Shown piece after piece: positions 25,944 through 34,488 of a stretch of DNA of 46,675 bases. The translations under genes were made by a program, and so were the position numbers. The DNA is from Pyrinomonadaceae bacterium (GTDB lineage: Bacteria; Acidobacteriota; Blastocatellia; Pyrinomonadales; Pyrinomonadaceae): positions 1 through 46,675 of the forward strand of contig DATEOJ010000205.1 in the NCBI GenBank assembly GCA_035274235.1. Reading direction: 5' to 3'. Position 1 is the stretch's first letter. Every line of letters begins with the position of its first letter. The notes beneath the pieces were generated by a model, which saw only the letters and a list, made by a program, of their open reading frames with translations, made no database searches and was not told the DNA's origin.

Positions 25944-26483
25944 ATGAAACGCATATTTCTAGCTGTATCCGTGTGCATGATGCTCGCAATGGCCGCGTTT
26001 GGCCAGGCGGCGCCCGCGACCGCAACCGCGAAAGGCCCGTACAAAGCGATCGAGTTCGAACGTTTTTCCATCCGCCAGGGCGTGGAGTTTACCGACAAGG
26101 AACTCGACGAGCTGATGAAAGCAGCCGTTAAAAACTTCACGAAGTCCAACCGTTTTGACAGCGTGGCTATGGCGGGCGAGACCCCGGCCGAGTCCGTAGG
26201 GCCGAAACTCAGGATCTCGGGCGAGATCACCAAGTACGTAAAGGGAAGCCAGGCGGCCCGTTACCTGATCGGCTTCGGAGCCGGAAAGACCAAGATCATG
26301 GCCGACATCAAGATGACGGACGCGGCAACCGGTGAAGTCGTATTCAATCAGGTCGTCGATGGCGACGTGACGTGGGGAGTTTTTGGAGGCGACTCGGACG
26401 ATGCTAAGGGCGGAGTTGCCGACGAAGTGATTCGCGAGATGAAGAAGCGCGGTCTGGCCGGAGATAAGAAGAAGACCAAATAG
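25944..26483 (+). CDS. secreted protein, resembles the DUF4410-type family
   Basis: 179 aa with a signal peptide (LAVSVCMMLAMAAFGQA). The motif SQAARYLIGFGAGKTKIMADIKMTDAATGEVVF recalls DUF4410. The family assignment is from memory only. Confidence 0.55.
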   Translation: MKRIFLAVSVCMMLAMAAFGQAAPATATAKGPYKAIEFERFSIRQGVEFTDKELDELMKAAVKNFTKSNRFDSVAMAGETPAESVGPKLRISGEITKYVKGSQAARYLIGFGAGKTKIMADIKMTDAATGEVVFNQVVDGDVTWGVFGGDSDDAKGGVADEVIREMKKRGLAGDKKKTK

Positions 26484-26545
26484 AACAGGTTTTCAAGTTT
26501 GGCATTTTAACGCTGTTGCCATAGCAAAAAAATGCCATTGGAAAA

Positions 26546-26579
26546 GCACCGCTCTCCAGCGCGGTGCTTTTTCGTTTTT
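26546..26579 (+). terminator. Rho-independent terminator
   Basis: GCACCGC-TCTCCAGC-GCGGTGC followed by TTTTTCGTTTTT. Confidence 0.75.
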
Positions 26580-26617
26580 AATCGATCGTGGGCTTTGCTG
26601 TATCATCAGGCCCGTTT

Positions 26618-27283
26618 ATGACGGATCCGATATACTGTCGCATCGCGATGTTCATCGTCGCACTTGCTGCCTGGCTTGGGCTTGGCATCCAGTTCTACGC
26701 CACACAAACCAACCCAAACCTCGCGAGCGTTTCGCCGTTCGAACGCACGATCCGCTATCTCGAATACTTCACCATACTCACGAATCTGCTCGTCGCGGTC
26801 GCTACGACAATTTCTCTGATCGCTCCAAAAACAACCATCGGGAGATTCCTTTCGCGACCTTCAGTGCAAACAGCGATCGCCGTCTACATCGCGCTTGTCG
26901 GTCTCATATACAACCTCGTTCTCCAAGGGCTTCACGAGTTCAGCGGTCCTGCGTACGTCGCGGATATGCTGACGCATGACATCGTTCCGATCCTCTACGT
27001 CGTCTATTGGGTGGTGTGTGTAAAGAAGGGCGGGCTGACGTGGAAGATGCCTATAGTCTGGACGATCTATCCGCTCGTCTATTTGGGCTTGGTGCTGATC
27101 CGCGGACCGTTTACCGGAAGGTACCCGTATCCCTTTCTCGACGTCGGGACGCACGGACTGGGCGGGGTGATGATCCATTCCGTTGTCGTAATGATCGTGT
27201 TCCTTGTGCTCGGGGAGATCTTTGTCGTCGCCGACCGGCTGCTTGCTCGACTCCCGAGTCAACGTCCAGAGCTCGCGCAATAA
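26618..27283 (+). CDS. integral membrane protein, Pr6Pr / FAR-17a-AIG1-like family
   Basis: Trimmed to ATG 26618. There are six hydrophobic segments, and the motif ERTIRYLEYFTILTNLLVAV is typical of the Pr6Pr family as I remember it. Confidence 0.6.
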   Translation: MTDPIYCRIAMFIVALAAWLGLGIQFYATQTNPNLASVSPFERTIRYLEYFTILTNLLVAVATTISLIAPKTTIGRFLSRPSVQTAIAVYIALVGLIYNLVLQGLHEFSGPAYVADMLTHDIVPILYVVYWVVCVKKGGLTWKMPIVWTIYPLVYLGLVLIRGPFTGRYPYPFLDVGTHGLGGVMIHSVVVMIVFLVLGEIFVVADRLLARLPSQRPELAQ

Positions 27284-28916
27284 ACTCACGGCTGTATTCC
27301 GGGGCCAGGAGCCGATCAGTGTCATGACCCTGGTCCGGATAGAAATAGAAAGTGGACTTTTCGCGACCTTTAAGTTCGGCCTCTAATTTTCTACCGTTGC
27401 GAACCGGCACGAATGGGTCTTCCATTCCATAGTGATGCTGGCTTAACGGCAGTCGCTTCGCGAAGTAAAGAGGCGAACTCGCGATCATCCGATGACGAAC
27501 ATCCGCCAACGTAGCATTGCCGTCGATCGCACGCTTTAGAAAACGTTCGACATTCTGCCCACCGGTTTGCACGGGCGTCGCACGCGTACGCAACGCTTCG
27601 CCCCATAACTCCTGCTCGGTCCACCCTTCTGTTCCCATCAGATAAAACCAATCGGTCGGGCCGGACCAATTCACGACGCAGCTTATACGTTTATCGCGAA
27701 TGCCGGTGAGCATTGCGACTGTACCGCCGCGGCTGCGGCCGAATGCGCAGATCCGCTTCGGATCGATCCCAGGCGTTGTTACAAGCGCGACGTTCAGCAG
27801 CGCGATCGCATCGTCAGTCGCGCCGTCGAGAGCATCGGTGCGGTCGCCTTCGGACGTGTAAGTTTTACCATCGAAGTTCAAAACCTCGCCGCGATACGCC
27901 GGGATGACGTAGACAAAGCGGTCGGCAAGTTCGCCAAGCATGCGCGGTGCGGAAAGGTTTTCGAGATCGAGCGGGAAGTAAGTCGGTGAAACTCCCTTAG
28001 CCTCGATGACGACCGGAAGCGGTCCGGGCGGAGCCGTCTTAGGGATCAGGATCACGCCATAATGACGCTTGCCGAGAACAATGTGCGAGAGGATCCGAAC
28101 GAAGTAGGAGTGCTCGGCGATCGTCACCATGCTGCGAACTTCGGTCTGCACGCCGCGAACACCAAGCTCACGTGTAGACCAGTCCTTCTCGACCAACGCG
28201 ATCTCGGTTGCGGTCGGCGGTGCAAATACGGATGAAAGTGTGAACGGGAGTTTCCAACCCTTTTCGACGTTCTTGCCCGGAAAGGCTCCCAGGCGGGCGA
28301 GAGCGGAGATCGTGACTTCGTTCTTCGGATCTAACTCGTAAGCTTTGCGAAAACTCGCGAGAGCCTTTTGGCGATCGCCCGCTTGGACAAGGGCGTAGCC
28401 AAGTAGCGTGTGGAACTTTGCGCTCCCGATAAACTTCGGAGCAAGTTGGTCGAGGAAGGAAACGACGAAGCCCGTCTTTGTCGGCAAACGTTTAAGAACT
28501 TGCTCTGCGACACCGAGTGCAGTCGTTAAATCATCTCGGGCCGCATAAGCCGCCGCGGCTTCTCGAGTGTGTCCGTCGAGGAGAAGTTCCACGGGAAGCG
28601 ACGGACTGTCCGCGCGTCGAAGCACAAGACCTTCGCCCTCCATTCCCATGATGCTTACGCCGACAACCTTTCCCGTCTTGTCGCGACGAAACTCCGCTCC
28701 TCGCGAAGTTCGATCGACGACCACGAACTTGTCCCTTCCTTCCTGACGCAGAAGCTGCGTGGCTGACCACATAACCGGCCGCACGGTGAGGCCGAATTTT
28801 GTTTGCTCAAAATAAACTGCGTAGTTCTTATCGTCCGTATAGCGTCCCGGGAATTGGGCGCCGGCCGAAATTGCACAGAGCGAGACCGCCACGATGAGTA
28901 GGGAAAAGCGAGACAT
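27111..28916 (-). CDS. secreted alpha/beta hydrolase (S9 peptidase / dienelactone-hydrolase-like) with an N-terminal TPR-like region
   Basis: 601 aa with signal peptide MSRFSLLIVAVSLCAISAGAQ, nucleophile elbow GRSRGG (G-x-S-x-G) and a C-terminal His (YPDQGHD). The last ~55 codons are Arg-rich and overlap the convergent gene. Confidence 0.7.
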   Translation of the reverse strand: MSRFSLLIVAVSLCAISAGAQFPGRYTDDKNYAVYFEQTKFGLTVRPVMWSATQLLRQEGRDKFVVVDRTSRGAEFRRDKTGKVVGVSIMGMEGEGLVLRRADSPSLPVELLLDGHTREAAAAYAARDDLTTALGVAEQVLKRLPTKTGFVVSFLDQLAPKFIGSAKFHTLLGYALVQAGDRQKALASFRKAYELDPKNEVTISALARLGAFPGKNVEKGWKLPFTLSSVFAPPTATEIALVEKDWSTRELGVRGVQTEVRSMVTIAEHSYFVRILSHIVLGKRHYGVILIPKTAPPGPLPVVIEAKGVSPTYFPLDLENLSAPRMLGELADRFVYVIPAYRGEVLNFDGKTYTSEGDRTDALDGATDDAIALLNVALVTTPGIDPKRICAFGRSRGGTVAMLTGIRDKRISCVVNWSGPTDWFYLMGTEGWTEQELWGEALRTRATPVQTGGQNVERFLKRAIDGNATLADVRHRMIASSPLYFAKRLPLSQHHYGMEDPFVPVRNGRKLEAELKGREKSTFYFYPDQGHDTDRLLAPEYSREFIARALDVDSGVEQAAGRRRQRSPRAQGTRSLRQRNGSSPRPVRASRRRERDTGTFR

Positions 28917-29176
28917 AGTTGTGCGTGCTTAAGACTTCGAATGGAAAACACCGCAGAGACGATGTTTGTGACGTCGAAAGCCACCGGTCAGCCGTTTGGG
29001 AATAGTTAAATGGTTTCTCTTTGCAACGGGTCCAAGCACGGGTTCCCTAATTTCGTACAATTCGTGTATTGACTGAGGACAACAGGAACTTACCTGTTCA
29101 CGCAAAATGCACGTTATTTCGGTCACGAGCTAACGGCACAGTGCTTGCGACTACTGCGGGTGACAGGAGGAACTAC

Positions 29177-29491
29177 ATGAGCAGGAAAATAGCTATCTTT
29201 TCTATTTTGATCGTAGCGATCTTTGGCGGACTGCCGATTTCAGGATCGGCATCAACGGCCGTTAACGCAACGACGTTAACAACGGGCTCACCTCCGATGG
29301 GTCTGAGAAACGGTCAACCCGGACGTCGGCACCACCGTCGCGGTTATTGGGGGCACGGACGTTATTACAAAAACTATGGTCAGTATCGCCGAACTCAGGT
29401 CGGGTGGAGACGATACCGAATGGCGCCGCGTTATTACTGGAGAGACGGTCGACGCTATACGACATTCCGCCGTGTCTATTATTTCCGTTAA
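29177..29491 (+). CDS. small secreted Arg/Tyr/Gly-rich protein
   Basis: 104 aa with SD AGGAGG 7 nt before ATG 29177 and a signal peptide (IAIFSILIVAIFGGLPISGSAS). The mature part is RRHHRRGYWGHGRYYKNYGQYRRTQVGWRRYRMAPRYYWRDGRRYTTFRRVYYFR. Confidence 0.65.
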   Translation: MSRKIAIFSILIVAIFGGLPISGSASTAVNATTLTTGSPPMGLRNGQPGRRHHRRGYWGHGRYYKNYGQYRRTQVGWRRYRMAPRYYWRDGRRYTTFRRVYYFR

Positions 29492-29513
29492 TTCTACCGG
29501 GGAGTTGAATGAC

Positions 29514-29544
29514 AAGGGAGCTCTGAAAAGGAGCTTCCTTTTTT
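29514..29544 (+). terminator. Rho-independent terminator of the small Arg/Tyr gene
   Basis: AAGGGAGCT-CTGAAAAGG-AGCTTCCTT (one G-U pair) running into T6. It overlaps the stop of the convergent gene. Confidence 0.65.
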
Positions 29545-30193
29545 AGGTCCCGGGTTCTCGATGTCGATCGGCCCAAGCAGCGAGTGCTACGAAGATCCAG
29601 GCGAAGGGTGCGAAGTAAAAGATCGCGGTTTCACTCGCGGGCGGTGGCCCGAGAGCTGTACCTAAATAACTCAAAACGAGAATCGCGATGAAAAGCCAGA
29701 ACGCGTACGTACCAGCTCTATCGCGTGCACGTGTTGCTCTAAGGTAGATCCATATTCCCGCAGCGAACAAGATGCTCTCGACGAACACCGTTCCGACGAT
29801 CGAGTTCCAAAGACCAAAACCGTACTTCTCACCTCCGGCATAGATCGGCAGGTCCGGTCGGTGAACGACAAGATCAAGAAACCAGTGACTGAGAACGCCG
29901 ATAGCCAGGGCGATCGCTCCGATCCGATATTTGGTAAAGACGTAATACACACCACCCAAGAAGATCGACCACACGATCGCCATCTGCAGACTGTGTGTAA
30001 ACGGATAGAAAACGAAGTCGAGCGGAGTGAACGCTGTATTGCCGGGATCGATGCGCACACGCTCTAGTCCCGCGAATAGAAAGAACGGCCAAAGCAGATC
30101 GAGAAAGCAGACGGCTGCGATTAACCACCCAAGGTTCGTCCGCGGTGCTAACCGTTTGAGTGCGAGACCCGCAGCGAAGTGTCCGATAAACAT
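29543..30193 (-). CDS. membrane-bound metal-dependent hydrolase-like protein (YdjM/DUF457-like)
   Basis: Trimmed to ATG 30193 (MFIGHFAAGLALKRLAPRTNLGWLIAAVCFLDLLWP). It is polytopic and starts 5 nt after the patatin gene stop. Confidence 0.6.
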   Translation of the reverse strand: MFIGHFAAGLALKRLAPRTNLGWLIAAVCFLDLLWPFFLFAGLERVRIDPGNTAFTPLDFVFYPFTHSLQMAIVWSIFLGGVYYVFTKYRIGAIALAIGVLSHWFLDLVVHRPDLPIYAGGEKYGFGLWNSIVGTVFVESILFAAGIWIYLRATRARDRAGTYAFWLFIAILVLSYLGTALGPPPASETAIFYFAPFAWIFVALAAWADRHREPGT

Positions 30194-30198
30194 CCCGG

Positions 30199-31713
30199 TT
30201 AGTTCAGCGGTTTGAACTTCTCGATCTCGCTTGCCTCGAGATATCCGAGTGCGATGAATGCCTCGAGTTGGTCCCGATAGTAAGTTTGATCGACCGTCGC
30301 GAGCTGCGGAAAGTTGTAGTTGATATACGGGAACACTTTGAAGAAATAGCGCCAGGTCCACTTGTCGTTGATGTAGCGACTGTAAGAAACCATACCGTCA
30401 TAAAGCGAATCTTTCGTGACGGGAGTCAGCCCCGCTGCAGGACACGCCACCGGGCGCGTCTTACTTCTTTTTGCTTCGGGAAGCGGCTTGCCGTTGGGCC
30501 AGATCTTCTTCTCGTGCATTTCCGAGGTAAAAATGGTCTTCGGTCGCGACATCTTTATGTAGTAAACCGTACTCTCTCCACCATCCGGATATTTCACCGA
30601 GCCCTTCGCAACGGCTGCGGCATCAAACAGCTTTTTGCGTTCCTTGTTGTCGAGGAATGTGTCGATGTCGTCGACTTTCAGCTCGATCTTACGTTTGTCG
30701 TCCTTAAGATACGCTTTGAGTGCTTTGTATGATGGAAACCCGTAGGCCGCGTCATTCTCAGCATCGACGATAACGATGTTCTTCATGCGGCGTTGAATCA
30801 GCGGTAGTGCTCCGAGGTTCTCCGAGAAGCCGCCGTCATACATCTTTATCTCTTGAGTGTTTGGTAACTCCGCCGAATAATTCGGCAGCTTGCGGTTTAG
30901 CTTGAACCTGATCGCTGCCGCGGAGAGAGCGACACCGCCGCACCATGTTTTGACACTCGGATTGTTGTCCGGCCAATCCGCAAAACCGAGTAACGAACTG
31001 CCGCGGTATGAAGGAGTGATCTCGAAGGATCTATCAATGTTGTCTCCACGCTTTCCTTTCATGTGATCCGTCGCGATCGTCGTGTTCAGAATAAAATACG
31101 GAGCATTGCCGTTCTTTATCTGTTGCTCGAACGCCATGAATGGCAGAAGCGGATCTTCGCCGACGTGTCGTTTCTCATCACGAGTCTTGATGTCGTCGGC
31201 ACCAAAAGTAAACTCGATCGCCTCGCGGTACTTTCGAAAAGCATTATCGTCGGAGCTAAACAGTCCGCCGAACATTCGCCTCAGCGGCAGGAACTCACTC
31301 TTGCGTGCAAGATTGCAGACGTTGGTCGTGAAGACCGCGTCATCAAAGGCGCCCGCACCGAAAGTTGTTCCGGGCTTGCCGTCGTACTTGGAGTACATCC
31401 AGTAGGACGCGTATCCGCCTCCGGACACAGTGGAGATCACATCGATCTGCGTGATGATTCCTTGCTCATACAACGCCTTCAGCACGCCGATACTAAATGC
31501 CGCAGAACGGAAGCCGCCTCCCGAGAGAGCGAGACCCCAATCGACCTGACCTCCGCGTGCAGGGAACGGGCTCGGGTAGGCGAAACTCGTCGGTTCGCCG
31601 GAGCTGCCTGGAAGCAGCGTTTCCCCGTCGATGTCAGTCCCGTACTGCGCGAACGTCACCGGCTGCAGAAAGACAAAAAGTAGAAAAATACTTAGGGGAC
31701 TTCGGATGTTCAT
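30199..31713 (-). CDS. secreted patatin-like / cPLA2-like phospholipase
   Basis: 504 aa with a signal peptide, oxyanion motif SGGGFRS, nucleophile motif TVSGGG and catalytic Asp motif YDGGFSENLG. Confidence 0.75.
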   Translation of the reverse strand: MNIRSPLSIFLLFVFLQPVTFAQYGTDIDGETLLPGSSGEPTSFAYPSPFPARGGQVDWGLALSGGGFRSAAFSIGVLKALYEQGIITQIDVISTVSGGGYASYWMYSKYDGKPGTTFGAGAFDDAVFTTNVCNLARKSEFLPLRRMFGGLFSSDDNAFRKYREAIEFTFGADDIKTRDEKRHVGEDPLLPFMAFEQQIKNGNAPYFILNTTIATDHMKGKRGDNIDRSFEITPSYRGSSLLGFADWPDNNPSVKTWCGGVALSAAAIRFKLNRKLPNYSAELPNTQEIKMYDGGFSENLGALPLIQRRMKNIVIVDAENDAAYGFPSYKALKAYLKDDKRKIELKVDDIDTFLDNKERKKLFDAAAVAKGSVKYPDGGESTVYYIKMSRPKTIFTSEMHEKKIWPNGKPLPEAKRSKTRPVACPAAGLTPVTKDSLYDGMVSYSRYINDKWTWRYFFKVFPYINYNFPQLATVDQTYYRDQLEAFIALGYLEASEIEKFKPLN

Positions 31714-31760
31714 TTACACGGGAATAATACAGGAAAGCTTCCGGCTGGCGTGAAGAATTT

Positions 31761-31790
31761 CAGGGCCGGCACTTGAATGCACCGGCCCTG
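31761..31790 (-). terminator. GC-rich hairpin downstream of 31806..32867 (weak T-tract)
   Basis: CAGGGCCGG-N12-CCGGCCCTG, 16 nt after the stop. Confidence 0.45.
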
Positions 31791-31805
31791 TTCAAGTTAA
31801 AAGAT

Positions 31806-32867
31806 TTACATCTTTCGCATCGGCGTCTCAAAGATATAGACGGCCTTCCATGCATCGCCTTCCTTGATTGCGACAGTCGTTCCCCAGATCGGGGTCAGCT
31901 TCATATCACCGCACGCTCCGACAGCGGTGCCTTTATATGTCAGGATCGCGACATCCGCGTTGATCATCGCGGCTTTGCCGTCCGAGATGTCAACACTGCT
32001 CACTTTGCACTGACCATTCATAAATTCTTTCATTACGGCTTCCTTGCCGAAGTACAAATGGCCAGCCGGATCGACGAACGAGACGTCTTTGCCGAGGGTT
32101 TCCTCGATAGCTTTAGCGTCCTGCTTCATCCATGACTCCCAGCCTTTCTTCTCGACCGCCATCAATGCATCGGTCAAGGCGTCGGAAGTCGAGGCTCCTG
32201 AATTCGAATTGCTCGCCGAATTGCTGTTCGAGGAAGTGCTTGCCGAGTTTGCCGGGGCCGGTTTTTCTTCCTTAGTCGGGGCCGGTGGCGGTACGTCTTT
32301 CTTTACTGCCGGCGCGGCTTCCTTATTCGATGCTGCAGCGTTGGTGTTCGCACCCTCCGCCGGTTTTGGTGCTTCGATGATCAGGACCTCATTGTGATAG
32401 GCGCCTTTCCATGTGTCGCCGCTTCGGACAAAGACCGTCGCGACCTGCACCGGGCTCGGAAGCTTCTGGCCTTCACAGGTACCGTCGACTGTCGCCTTGT
32501 ACGACAACACAGCGGCATCGGCACCGACCATCGACACCTTTTGATCCGAGAAATTCGTACTCTTGATCTCGCACTTATGTTCGGAGATTCCCTTTACGAC
32601 TTCGGCCTTGGTCGGACGTTTTCCATCGTCGCCGAAACCGACAAACTTATCGTCAAGATAATTTTGGAAGAACGTTCCGTCCTTTGCCTTGTACGCCTCC
32701 CATGCCTTTCCATCCAGAGCCATCAGGCTGTCCGCCGTCGGCGCGGCTGCTTTCGGAGCGGTGTTGGTGTTTGTATTGGTGTTTGTGTTCGTATTCGCAG
32801 GCGGCTGACACGCCGCAAGCGCGAATGCCGCGATAGAAAACAGGGAGACTCTCATCAAGGTCTTCAT
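31806..32867 (-). CDS. lipoprotein with two tandem NTF2-like (DUF4440/SnoaL-like) domains
   Basis: Trimmed to ATG 32867 (SD AAGGAG). MKTLMRVSLFSIAAFALAAC is a lipobox, followed by a (TN)6 run. Two homologous ~120-aa modules (DGKAWEAYKAKDGTFFQNYL... and EKKGWESWMKQDAKAIEETL...) are joined by a Pro/Ala/Ser/Asn linker. Confidence 0.7.
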   Translation of the reverse strand: MKTLMRVSLFSIAAFALAACQPPANTNTNTNTNTNTAPKAAAPTADSLMALDGKAWEAYKAKDGTFFQNYLDDKFVGFGDDGKRPTKAEVVKGISEHKCEIKSTNFSDQKVSMVGADAAVLSYKATVDGTCEGQKLPSPVQVATVFVRSGDTWKGAYHNEVLIIEAPKPAEGANTNAAASNKEAAPAVKKDVPPPAPTKEEKPAPANSASTSSNSNSASNSNSGASTSDALTDALMAVEKKGWESWMKQDAKAIEETLGKDVSFVDPAGHLYFGKEAVMKEFMNGQCKVSSVDISDGKAAMINADVAILTYKGTAVGACGDMKLTPIWGTTVAIKEGDAWKAVYIFETPMRKM

Positions 32868-32952
32868 AGAAGTAGCTCCTTTTCGATTGAATTGATCAGA
32901 CTGTGCGCGAAATATGACACACTTTCGGGAAGGCGACAAGGCGCGGGCGTTC

Positions 32953-33048
32953 GTTGATCGTGGTTCGTTGTTCGTTGTTCGTGGGGCGGTGGTTTATTGT
33001 TTGTGGTTCGGTCCACCAACGATCAACGAACGACGAACTACGATCAAC
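32953..33048. repeat. heptad-periodic (GTTCGTT)n inverted repeat in the spacer before the TMEM175 gene
   Basis: Left arm 32953-32984 is GTTGATCGTGGTTCGTTGTTCGTTGTTCGTGG. The reverse complement of 33013-33048 is GTTGATCGTAGTTCGTCGTTCGTTGATCGTTGGTGG (about 28/32). Confidence 0.7.
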
Positions 33049-33072
33049 TAACCCCCTGCTATAATCCCACCC

Positions 33073-33660
33073 ATGAAATCTACCCGACTCGAAGCATTCT
33101 CCGACGCAGTGATCGCGATCATCATGACGATCCTCGTACTGGAGCTAAAAATCCCTCACGATACCGGGCTCGCTGCACTTCAGCCATTAATTCCGGTCTT
33201 CCTGACTTACGTGATGAGCTTCGTCTACCTCGGGATCTACTGGAACAATCACCATCACATGTTTCAAGCGACCGAGAGCGTGAACGGCAAGGTCCTTTGG
33301 GCGAACATGCATTTGTTGTTCTGGCTGTCGCTTGTTCCGTTCGTGACAGGATGGATGGGTGAGAACCACTTCGCTCCTCTGCCGACCGCCTTCTATGGCG
33401 TAGTCCTTCTCTGTGCGGCGATCGCGTACACGATCTTGCAGACCGCCATCGTCAAACATCACGACGGAAAAAACGCATTGCTTGCGCAGGCGGTCGGGAA
33501 CGACTGGAAGGGAAAGATCTCGATCGTGATGTATATCATCGCGATCGGTTCGGCGTTTCTACACCAGTGGATCTCACATGCGCTATACGCGGCTGTCGCA
33601 ATAATGTGGCTGGTACCGGATAGCCGGATCGAGAAGCGGATGGCGAAACAGGAAGGATGA
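33073..33660 (+). CDS. TMEM175-family potassium channel (DUF1211)
   Basis: The N-terminal RLEAFSDAVIAIIMTILVLEL signature helix is present, with six TM segments in 195 aa. Confidence 0.85.
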   Translation: MKSTRLEAFSDAVIAIIMTILVLELKIPHDTGLAALQPLIPVFLTYVMSFVYLGIYWNNHHHMFQATESVNGKVLWANMHLLFWLSLVPFVTGWMGENHFAPLPTAFYGVVLLCAAIAYTILQTAIVKHHDGKNALLAQAVGNDWKGKISIVMYIIAIGSAFLHQWISHALYAAVAIMWLVPDSRIEKRMAKQEG

Positions 33661-33680
33661 GGGGATGAAGGATGAACGAT

Positions 33681-33724
33681 GCGGCATCGATGGCTCGAGA
33701 GAGTTGCGCGATGATCGATGCCGC
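33681..33724. terminator. 11-bp-stem hairpin between convergent genes
   Basis: GCGGCATCGAT-N22-ATCGATGCCGC. There is no clear T-tract. Confidence 0.4.
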
Positions 33725-33753
33725 CGGGCAATATTTCAGGAACGCATTCAGAA

Positions 33754-34320
33754 TTACCTTACGGACCCGCTCCGTACTTGAACACCCATCAACCTACCCG
33801 GAAACGTTCCGAAGTCCTCGACCTCGATGGTGTCGGCGCCGCGAAATCTGATCTTCGCTGCCGGGATGATGGTGCCGTCGCCCTTGCCGTTCTGGTTCAG
33901 GATTATCTCGACATACCCAAATGGATAATCCGCTGAACGCAGCCCGTTGCGAAGTTCGCCAAAGCCTACGTTTCGCGTAAAGATCGCTCGGATCCGGGTG
34001 CCATCGCCGTTACGATCGACCGTGATCGAACCGACCGGAACACCGACACCCGATCCGAGTGAGAAACGTCCGACATCTCGACGATCGAGTTCTCGCCTCA
34101 ACGAATCCTGTCCGCCGCTCTGCAAGACCTCAACAAAACCGGTCATATCCGAACTCGACGAACGGTTGTTGATGATCAGTGTAAACGGACGCGTGATCGT
34201 CCTCGTGCTGTAACCTGATCCATAGATGACGGCGGTCCCCGTGATAGTCGTATTTCGCTGAGCCGATACGGTCAACGTCCCAACGACAACTGCAATAAAA
34301 AGAATGATGGCCTTTTTCAT
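33754..34320 (-). CDS. secreted hypothetical protein
   Basis: 188 aa with a signal peptide (ILFIAVVVGTLTVSAQ). I recognise no family. Confidence 0.6.
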   Translation of the reverse strand: MKKAIILFIAVVVGTLTVSAQRNTTITGTAVIYGSGYSTRTITRPFTLIINNRSSSSDMTGFVEVLQSGGQDSLRRELDRRDVGRFSLGSGVGVPVGSITVDRNGDGTRIRAIFTRNVGFGELRNGLRSADYPFGYVEIILNQNGKGDGTIIPAAKIRFRGADTIEVEDFGTFPGRLMGVQVRSGSVR

Positions 34321-34488
34321 TTCTTACTCCTCCAAGGAAGTATGAAGCGATTTTGGCCCGACGAGTGTACTGTAAAATGCAGACTTTGGTCCGACCATCC
34401 CGCAGGAAACGACGATTTTTGTAGGTCGAGACGCTCGGTCGGTGTAGAATTCCGCAAACTACTGAGACCAGGCCGTCCGAATTAAGAG

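Noticed and set aside
32953-33048. Inverted repeats as integron attC sites
   Set aside because: The ends (GTTGATC...GATCAAC) are in the wrong order and composition for the R''/R' cores. There is no integrase or attI, and the flanking genes are ordinary housekeeping genes.
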